The notes beneath the pieces are model-generated. The model saw only the letters and a list, made by a program, of their open reading frames with translations. It was not told the DNA's origin and did no database searches. Both the position numbers and the translations under genes were made by a program. A stretch of DNA of 52,456 bases from Octopus bimaculoides (lineage: Eukaryota), in the NCBI RefSeq assembly GCF_001194135.2, contig NC_068989.1, forward strand, positions 81,118,217-81,170,672, given 5' to 3'. Position 1 is the stretch's first letter. Each line of letters begins with the position of its first letter. Of the stretch, positions 1 to 10,100 are shown in pieces.

Positions 1-53
1 ATATATATCTATACATATACGTGTACATATACATATCTCTCTCTTTCTCTCTC

Positions 54-96
<43 letters not shown>

Positions 97-99
97 CAT

Positions 100-422
100 T
101 AAAGTGAAAGTATCTGTCATTACAGTATGGAAATGTGATTGTTTCAGTTAGTGGAATAGTTTCATTTTTAAAGTGAAAGTATTTGACATGAGTGTTTTTG
201 TTTCACTTTTGACACATAATACTTAAATAGTGGAGGAGATATGTTGCCGTGGGCTCGAACTCTGCAAGAAGTTAAAAAATTTTTTTTGACTAAAACACAA
301 CCGGAACCCTAAGTAAGACATGTGTAAAATTTAAATGAAATTGGTTGTCTAGTTCTCGAGTTTTAGGGAAACACACATACACACAGACAGACACACATTC
401 TCATTTTTATATATATAGATAG
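100..422. mobile_element. Helitron/Helentron-like non-autonomous element remnant
   Basis: Ends in gtgtaaaatttaaatgaaattggttgtctagttctcgag...acagacagacacac...tatatatagat, the architecture of rolling-circle MITE 3' ends; family assignment is inference. Confidence 0.3.
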
Positions 423-641
423 ATGACGGGATGATGAAAAGTTCCTGGCTTTGGGTAAAAGAAAATACAGGAGAATCAGTTAATTATGATTTTATTCAAC
501 ATATTTCTCTCTCAGATTTACACACTTATTACAGCAGTCTTTCTGTTTTTCTAAGCTCTATAAAAGAACTTGGAAGGTTGGGCCTCCAACTAGGTCTTTC
601 ACTATACCATTAAAGCCAGGAACTTTATAGCACCCTCTTGT
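423..641. mobile_element. Tc1/mariner-type MITE remnant
   Basis: Degenerate TIRs gacgggatgatgaaaagttcctggcttt (about 425-452) and aaagccaggaactttatagcaccctc (about 612-637). Confidence 0.65.
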
Positions 642-790
642 TTAATGTCTATTTTTCCATGCTTGCATGGATCTGACTGAGTTTATTTGAAGATTTCTTA
701 TGACCAGTTGCCCTTCTTGCTACTAACCTTTACCTATTTCCAAGCAAGGTGATATTTCCCCATGATCAGACATGTTTTTACAGAATTGGA
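640..790 (-). mobile_element. SINE family D fragment
   Basis: tttccatgcttgcatgg...gcccttc...tttccaagcaagg, reverse of the copies at 22680-22860 and 24390-24560. Confidence 0.65.
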
Positions 791-1239
791 GGTGAACAAA
801 CAAAACACATACATTGAGTATGTGTTTGGTAATATTTAAACACTGGCGCAGCTTCTAATTCATATTTGTATTTCCTCTTATGTATGCATCACCAGGGCAT
901 ACCAGCAAATGGTTTTTACACTATTTGTATAAATAGTAATGGACTGGCGATTCAGTTCACGTACATGATGTAGAGAAGCCACAAAAATAGCAAAACACTA
1001 ATGTCCATTGAGAAGTTGTGTCACTTATCTATGAATTTCAGGTGTTTTAACAGCCGGTGCTTTGGGGGAGTCATCTCCACTGTGCTAAATCGCAGCCTAC
1101 TGGCAAACTAGCAAAGCACATATATTGAGTATGTGTTTGATAACAGACCAGCCACAACTATCTTTATTTAATTACTCTACTGCTCTACAACTTAGAGTAC
1201 GCTTCTCTTTCGGATTAATGATTTACTGAGGACCTATAT

Positions 1240-1420
1240 ATATCTATCTATCTATATATATATATACAAATGTACTTCCACACAGTTTCTGCCTATGAAA
1301 TTCATCCACAAGACTATTTATTGGTTGGCTTGCGCTACACAGTAGAAGACACTTGCCCAAGGTTCCACACAGTGGAATTGAACTCAAAACCACATGGTTG
1401 CAAAGCGTGTCTCTTAACTT
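1240..1420 (-). mobile_element. SINE family A, 5' half, degenerate
   Basis: agaagacacttgcccaaggttccacacagtggaattgaactc matches family A. Confidence 0.75.
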
Positions 1421-2220
1421 CCTAACTATATCTGGGAATTTCATCAAAAGTAAATATCGTGGATTGCATGGGACTTAGAGCAGTCTCTTCTAAACTTACT
1501 TGGAGTTTACTAGGTATTATTTCAACAAACAAGATGTATGGGCGATTTTTCTGTGAAATGAATACTGTGGTTTACCGTGTAATTGTGTAGCAATTCTTTA
1601 ACTCTTTATTTTGTCGTCCACCATTATACGTACATAAACCGAAAGATTGCTTTTTTTTTTTAATTCATGAAAATATACTATAGTTATTTCTAGGCATGAC
1701 AAAAAAAGATCTTGAAAGATGATATTGAATATTTTATGCTGCTAAGAAGCTACATTTTACCCCAAAATAAACTTCTACTAAACGGATATTCGATAAGAAA
1801 TGACATGTTCGTAAAGAAGGCATAGCAATTTTGTGATTTCCGTTTAGTAACTCAAATCCTGAGTGCAACCTATTCTCGGTAATTTCCGGTAAAATTCGTA
1901 TAATATCAAATTATATCTAAACTCATATTGTAAAATGATTCTTCTATATTGTAAAATTTTATGCAATAATTGGGTTTAAAACAATGAAAAAATTGCTTGT
2001 CTGATTTTCATTTGATTCCTAATTTTTTCCACTTCCCGTATTTGAATAAAGTATATAGTGATTATGTATCTTAATTTAGAAGTCTTTAAATTAAACTATT
2101 TTATAATCTGTCTCATTGCTTACATAGTAATTATATATTCTGATTTAGAAGTACTTATCTATTCTTTTGCTGCTTTTAGTATAAATATCGCTATTATATG
2201 GTTAGTCTCTTATTAAGCAT

Positions 2221-2760
2221 TTGGTTGATAAGTTCAAATTCAGCCCATATTAAAAGCGTTCCAAGCGTGACTATCCTGTCTTTATATAGGAATCATCACA
2301 TTTTTTGGTGTTCCTTAACATTTTCTATTCCCTATTATACGGTAATCTCTTACAATTAAATATTTGGTTTAGTTCCTAATTCAACCCTCATGAAAGGCGT
2401 TCCACGCGTGACCATCCTGTCTTATATATATATTTGAGCTATTACCTTGTTTAGTGTTCCTTAACATTTTTTTATTCCCTATCATATAGTAATTCTCTCA
2501 ATATTTGATTGTTATTTAGTTCAAATTCAGCTCCAATAAAAAGCGTTCCAACCGTGACATTCCCGTCTTTTGTCAATTACCGTTTGGTATTCCTTGGCGT
2601 TTTGTATTCCCTAATTAAATATTTGGTAGTTATTTCATTTTCAGATCACACTGATCAGATGTTCCATTAGTGACGACAATCTTTTCAACATAGTCACATG
2701 TTATTGAGAGAAATTTTGGCTGCTTATATTTCAGCAGGTCGAGCGACCGCGTAAAGTTCA
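2221..2760 (+). repeat. Three tandem copies (about 115-147 bp) of an old repeat (family G) 5' part, followed by its 3' part
   Basis: Units start about 2221, 2364, 2511, each with agttc(a/c)aattca...gcgttcca..cgtgac..tcc.gtc...gtgttccttaacatt...attccct; 3' motif ttggctgct..atttcagcaggtcgagcgacc at 2717-2748. Confidence 0.75.
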
Positions 2761-2879
2761 TTAAATATCTATTTCTAATAATATAACAAGGTGATTTACC
2801 AAAATTTAATTCTGAAGACGAGAAACAATTAAAATTCAATCTAAATATATAAATATGATAATCACCACCAAACCAAAAA

Positions 2880-3205
2880 ATTAACGTTTCGGTATTTCCC
2901 GTTATTTGTTGAAACCACCAATTCCGGTAGTCGTTCGGTTGAACTCGGCAATGTCCGTCGAATCAGTTTGAATGCATTAAGTTTCCTGGTTGGACGCTTC
3001 AACTGTTTTTAGTTGCCGCTACAAACGTCATCCAAAACGTCGCACTATTATTTCAGCAGGCAGACATCAGTGAAGAGAAATACATATATACGAGTAGTAA
3101 ACCGTCTTTGGTTGATTCACAATCAACAGTTTCTTTCAATCCAGTCTTAGGATAGAGAGAGAGAGAGAGAGAGAGAGGTAGAGATCTATTTCAAAGGAAG
3201 CGAAA
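2880..3205 (+). promoter_or_regulatory. Probable LUC7L promoter/5'UTR, CpG-enriched, with (GA)n tract
   Basis: Many CpGs compared with the flanks; (GA)n at about 3152-3177 just upstream of the ATG; transcription start not determinable from sequence. Confidence 0.4.
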
Positions 3206-3266
3206 ATGTCGGCTCACGATCAGATTCGTGCTATGCTCGATGAATTAATGGGCACAGGTCGAGATG
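3206..3266 (+). CDS. LUC7L: LUC7L coding exon 1
   Basis: ATG 3206; MSAHDQIRAMLDELMGTGRD(G); donor ATG|GTAAGT, phase 1. Confidence 0.95.
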
Positions 3267-4088
3267 GTAAGTAAAAAACATGAACATGAAACAAAAAAAA
3301 AATCCTTGCGAAATTTTTATAAAAAAAAAAAAATAATTAATTTTCCTTCTCTTGTCTTCAGTTTTTCGTCTCTTTCTTCCCTCCACGCAAGCTCTTTTAC
3401 TTGTTTCAGTTCTTTTGACTGCGGCCATGCTGGAGCACCGCCTTTTTTAGTCGTGCAAATCGACCCCGGGACTTATTCTTTGTAAGCCTAGTACTTATTC
3501 TATCAGTCTCTCTTTTTGCCGAACCGCTAAGTTACGGGGACGTAAACACACCAGCATCGGTTGTCGAGCGATGTTGGGGGTAAAAAACACAAGCACACAC
3601 GCATATATATACATATATACGACGGATTCTTTCAGTTTCCGTCTACTAAATCCCCTCAAAAGGCTTTGGTCGACTCGAGGCTATAGTAGAAGACACTTGC
3701 CCAAGGTGTCACGCAGTGGGACTGAACCCGGAATCATGTGGTTGGTAAGCAACCTACTTACCATACAACCACTCCTGCGCCTATATTATATTTTTAAAAC
3801 CATTTTCCCCCCCAAATCAACGAAGGAGAGAAAAAAATCATATCGAAATCTCCAAATATCAAAATAATTTTGTTACTAATTTTGAAAAAAAAATCTAACT
3901 CGAGAAATTTGAACTAAAGTCGCCTTTTTTTCATCTTCAAAAATTGTGTAAATATATTTTTGGTAATTATAAAAAAGCTGTATCGATGTCGGTGTTTGGA
4001 TGATGTTTGTTCGTTCGTTGATTTTTGTCTGCTAATATAAGTATGAATGTGTAAATTTTTTCCCCTACCCCTTGTACATATATGTATG

Positions 4089-4126
<38 letters not shown>

Positions 4127-7100
4127 GAAAGACTTGGAATATGAGACATTGAAATCTCTCTGTCTGTTGAAAAATTTTGGCAGTGACGAACGGCCATATT
4201 GAGTCGTTTTTACTCTTGTTCAGAATCAAACGCAAAGCAAATTCAGTTAAATAACACCAGACTATCCTCGTTTATAGCATTATTTTTGTATGTTTTAACT
4301 ATTCTCTCAATCATCGACATTTTATTGCTAATGTTCCCCCTATTTACGTTGAGATTTATTTTCATATTCTTACTATCTGCGCTAAATTCTGGTTAATTGC
4401 ATTTCTGGTTTCTTCTAATTAAAAAAGGATAATCATCGGTGAATGACTACGTGTCACTCAGTTGTTTCTACAATGGATTTTATTGATGAATTTTTAATTT
4501 GAAATAGCAAAACACCTCGAAATAATTTAGCTGACGGGTCAAACTCGTATATATATATTTTCAATTATGATTTTTTAAATTTAGACCTGCGTGTCACTCA
4601 AGGATCTAAAAAGCTGGTTAAGATATTTATCTCACACATCTTTATATGTCACAGTCCTCCTTGACGAACTTATTGATATTAAATTAATGTGATTTTTGGG
4701 TTTCGATTTTTTATTGAAATAAAAGTATGTTCAAACTCCCGAAGATAAAAAGAACGACAACAAAAAAACAACTGTCGAATATGTTCCACTTAATTGATAG
4801 TGCTTAATTGTCATATTTCCATTGTATTTTCTGTTTGCTTTGTTCTCAATAATTGACTAATTATAACAATAATGCTGTTAATGGATCGTTGCGTTATTTT
4901 TTTCTGGTGTTTTTCTTTTTAAGTTTCCTAATTATTTTCTTTTGTGCAATTGAATAATGGCGTAGTATTTGGAATCTGGTGTTTTGGTCGATATAGTTTG
5001 AAGACAGCTAACCTCTTATATTTATATATATATATATGTATGTATATAAAAAAAACTGGAAACCTATATAAATTATAATTGTCAGTTGCATTTACAGCAA
5101 GCTTATATTGTTTTATTAGATACATACAACTGGTCTTTTTAGCAACTGCAGCACCCCTTTACGTCTTCATCATGTAATAACCCCTCCTCTCCATCACTTG
5201 GCAGTGAAAGTAGTTAAGAAAGAACACCATTCGTTTTTGCGTCTTTTTACACTGCAGAAAGAAGATCCCTTTTTCTTGGTCGTCAGACCACAGTCTTCTC
5301 GGTTTCACATTCTTACAATATTTTTTAGTATTTTTAAAAAATTCTGTTTATTATTATAAGGGTAAAAATTGGTTCAGAAACCAAATGGTAGTCTAGTTTT
5401 AAACAGCTACAATGATAATGGATTATATATCTCGTTGGTTTAGGACGAATTGCTGACCTGATTTTCTCTTACACACAGACACACACACACACACACGTAA
5501 TTTCCTGTAATTGCTTATAGGTAATCGGTTTGCGACTAGAAGTCAAAAGGCAGAAAATAGAATGTGCATTATTTATTAAAGCTTCATTGCGATAGGAAAT
5601 TTTCCCAAGTACGTCATCGGAATAAAATATCTTAAGTGCATTTCATTGTGTAAGGTTCCTTTGTAGAGGCAGTCGTCAGCAAGCTTAATCGGATCCGTTT
5701 TTATTATATTACACTGAGAAGTTAAGCACTAAAATAAAATAAGATTTTTTTAAAAATCCACATATATAAGATCAACACTATGTCCAGTAGTGTCTATTAT
5801 ATATTAATAAAACTGCATTATGTAATGTATTTGAATGTTCCATTGTTAGAATAATAAAATAACTTGAAAATCGGATAAATCATATTAGTAAATATTTCAT
5901 TTAAAGGTATGATGAGATATCAATTAGATCTTTAGTGTCTGAATTGCATTTCATAAAAATTTGATCGTGTATATATTATATATATTGATCTGTGAAGTAT
6001 ATAGATTTCTTTCATATTTTCTGGAAATTGCAATTTTATCTTATGAAATATAACAGTATAAGTTGACATTGAGTTAGCATTATGAAAATAAGCAAGTTTT
6101 TTTTTTCATGTTTAATTCTAAATTGTGAATTGCCAATTGTTCCTGCTTCAGATTTAAGGGTTTTGTTGCTTCCTTTTCGAAAGTTTTAAGAATACAAAAT
6201 GGCTGAATTAAGTCCTTGGCAGAAAAATGGTTGGTGAAAATACTTTGTTGAATTGTTGCTGGAATAATTTCTGCTAGTAATGCTGCTGAAAAATCTTTAG
6301 GTTGTAGCAAATACTGATTTTTATTTTAACCAGAGGTATTGAAATATTGCTATTTTACAAAATGTTGGTGATTTGTTCAAGTATTGAACAAACCTCTTAG
6401 GGTTGAGGACTTCAAGTATATAAATAGTACCTATTATTATATTCATATGAATATATAAATGTTTTTACTTTTAAGTAGCTTTTTCTTTTTTTTTTTAACA
6501 CTTTATACACAAATACTGCTTTTTTTTTTTTTTTTAATTAATGACATTTGGCTTGATTTTCTAGTGTGGATTTCTTAGATTTTAGGTATGTATTTGTATA
6601 AAGTTGCTGCCAAAATTCTGCCTGAATACCTTATTTATTAATGTCAATCCCTATTTTTAAAGGGGAGAATGTTATGTGGTGTTATCAAGTCAATATTGCA
6701 AAGCTGGTGAACCCCAAGCCGTGAGTTCAATTTCCTAACTATTTCCAGAGGATCCTTGTTTGCATTATTTCCAAGTAATCACTGTCATGCTACTACTGCT
6801 ACTACCTCTTCTACTGTGTTGGTCCAACAAACTGGTCTTTATTATGAGTGTAAATTTTTTTTGTTTGTAATTTGGCATGTAATGTATATTGTCAAATTAA
6901 TTTTTCTCCTTGATAAATAATTGCTGTTTATATTTGTAATTGGCTCTGGCTATTTTAACAAGAGAGAAAAACATTATTAGGTAATTTGTTTTAATTATAA
7001 TTTGTAAGTGAAATAATGCTAATTTTTATGTAGTTAGTTGTTTTCTTTTGTTTAAAAAAAAGGGAAGCAATGAGCTGGAAATCTTTTTTCAGATGAGGGC

Positions 7101-10100
7101 TCAGGTTGAGGCCACACCATCATACCCTGGCGGCAATAGGTGGGGATTTTGCTGTTGCAAAAATGGATTAATCGCAGTGTGTATTTAATGTATATACTCA
7201 GTGGAGATTGCACATAGTTACTGTGTGCAATGTTTTGACTTTTTTAATACATATTTTTAAAATAAATTATAACTATTTTAGACTGACATTTTACATCATA
7301 AAATTCATTTAAATTTCTGCTTACATTTTAACCAGTAACTTTTTGATAATTTAGGAATATTTCATTTGCATAAATTTTAATGCCATTAAAAATACTTGAG
7401 ATAGTGATTTCACTCTAAAATATATAACCCTTCTCAATGTTTTAACTTACTGATGGAATATAATTTTAAAAAAAGGGTTTGTATTATATAGAAACACACC
7501 CAGTTCTACTTTACAACTAGAATAGTTAAAATTAGATCCTTCCAAGGTTATCATTTACTATTTAAAAACATTGATCATAGGAATCACTCTATTACTGAAC
7601 AATTAGTTGTTTTTTTTTTCCTATTAACTTCAATTTCCAAATATACTGTAGCTTTGTTGAATATATTGTTAGTTTACTTATGCTATGGTAGATTAATCAT
7701 GAATTTATGCTATAAAACTCTAGCTGTTGTATGATGAATGCTGAAGAAAGCATGGTGTCCTGATCAAGTTCTGGTAAGTTTGCACAATAACATGTCAATG
7801 TCATCATGATATGGATACAAAAGCAGTTTTCAAAATAATCTGCTTTAACTCTTTCATTGCTTTTCCCCCTTCATCTTTTCATAACTACCCTCATTATTTT
7901 ATTGTGCTGACATTTTGCTACAGGCTAGTAGTATTGATGATCAACAGATTTTGAATGAATGCTCCTGTTTGCTTACCTGGTTACTTAAATCTGTCATACT
8001 TTTGGGAAGCTTACGTAAGTGTAACCTTAGTCTGTTTTTCCCACCCCAAATGTGTCAGCACCCCATGCCACTTAAATTTTTTTTTTTTTAATCTCTTTTC
8101 ATGAAACTTAGCTTTGGTTAGTGCCTCATTTCTTCAGCAATATAAAATGGAAGAGTTAAAGCAAGTATTTTTATTCCTTGTAAATGGACTTGTTCTGCAG
8201 TATGAACATTAGAAATCAAAAAGATTCCACAGGTTGCTACAAGGCAGGATTTCAAACCAGTGATTTGATAAGTACTTTTTAAATCTTTGTGTGCTCACAT
8301 CAAGGAAATCAAAATTATATGGATTGATTTTTTTTTTTTTTTTTTCTATTTTTCTCAATTTATATTTTGGTATTCCTAGATTTTCTCTTAAACTTTTTTG
8401 CCTTGCAAAACTTTGTGGAACCTTTTTATCCTCTATTAAAAAAAAAGAAAAAGAAAAAAAGTAACAAAGTCCTCGAGTTGATAATTCTTAGATAGTACAT
8501 TAATTTATCTTTCTACAGCAATTTATAGTTTTGTCATTAAAGGAAATGCAAGCAAGATGTTTGCTTTCACATTCTTGAAAACTCTCTATATATGTATTCT
8601 CATTAGTTTTTACATCTTTCTCTCATGCTCACATGGGTTTGGTCACAACCCTTAATTGTTTTTCAAGTAAGGGATCTCTTATTTCATATATGTCTTTAAA
8701 GGCACAAATATATTTCTTCTGACTAGATGTCAGATGTCTTTCAAAAAATAAACAAGCTAATCAGAATTGTAATGATATCGATTCCATAAAACAAAAAAAG
8801 AGGTCTTTGTTATTTTCTTTTTGTTTTTTTTAATAGTAAAAAAAAGATACCCTTTGCAATAAAATGCTTTATCGTTATTGTTACTGAGAAGTTTGGCTAT
8901 GCTGGATTGCTTTTAGGGGAAAACAACAAGTACAAGGTGAAGTTTGATGATCCTCGGGTATGTAAGAGTTTCCTGCTTGGCTGCTGCCCCCATGACATAC
9001 TCTCGAGCACGGTGAGTTTCTCTTAAATATTTACTAATAAGGCTGAGCAAAATGATTTCTTCATGCTGATTTTGGTACGTAGTTGGCTTGATAGTGTGTA
9101 TTCTTTAGGGGCTCATTTTCGGGATTTTCAATTTTAATAAACTACAACTATATATGTAGATATCAGATTTAAGTTACAAATACTTTGTAACTATTGTATG
9201 GTAAATTTTACAGTTTAGCTTTTACAAGAAATTAAGTGGATGACACATAGTCACAGAAAATTATAAGCATATGTGTATGTAGTCTTCATAAACTTTTTGG
9301 TTTTAACTTAAATTTCATGTGCTATGCCAGATATATATGGCGTTATTTTCTTGAACTGAATCTTCAGCCGCTTTTTGATTTCCAGTTAGAGCTGTTGCAG
9401 TTATGTGACTAATGCCTTTGCAATGATACTCATTACTTAATTATCATTTGGCATATTCTAAAAGTTGCAGTATTGTAGCTGTGAAATCATAGATTTATCT
9501 ATGCTGTTTTATTATAAAAACAGAATGGTTGAACATTTGTGAAAAGATATTTAGAACTATCTATTAGAATATAAAAGCATTGTTTTTCTAATAACTGAAT
9601 GCTTAGTAATGTTATGTCTAAGAGTATTAGTTGTTTAACATACAATTTTAGGCCAAATGTCCTTGAAAGGCTTTTGACAATGCTTACTTAAAAAATCCTC
9701 ATTGTTAGCAATAGAGAAAGCAGTTTGTAATTTCATTAGTTAACGTGCTGTATTAGAACAACTAAACTTAGAAGTGTTAAGTACTAGGTGTAATTCAGTA
9801 CTACGTCTTTGTTAGATGACACTTTTTTTTCTTTTAGGGTTTTCATGCATGGCAAGGGCATCTGGTCAGTCTACACTGCAAACATTTTGACTAATTAAAA
9901 TTGTTACAGTCAGATGTAATTACAAATTGATAATGAAGAATTGACTGATTGTTTTCAAAATGATGCGGCAACTATCGATCTTGTATAGTGTGCTGCTGTT
10001 ATTTTTTCTAATTTGACAAGTTTCTAGTTAATATAGATAGCTATAAATTCAGTCATTGTGTTGATACATTAGAACTATCTAATATTGTTTCCATCTCTTG

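Noticed and set aside
2630-2839. 69-aa minus-strand ORF as a divergent gene
   Set aside because: Overlaps the 3' part of repeat family G; no recognisable protein motif or splice structure
3700-3781. tRNA genes at SINE heads (also 23308, 34797, 46917)
   Set aside because: A/B boxes are present but there is no cloverleaf, and they continue into SINE bodies
7731-7763. Box C/D snoRNA (ATGATGA ... CTGA)
   Set aside because: Boxes only about 30 nt apart, no terminal stem, and no recognisable rRNA/snRNA guide; better explained as a candidate poison exon
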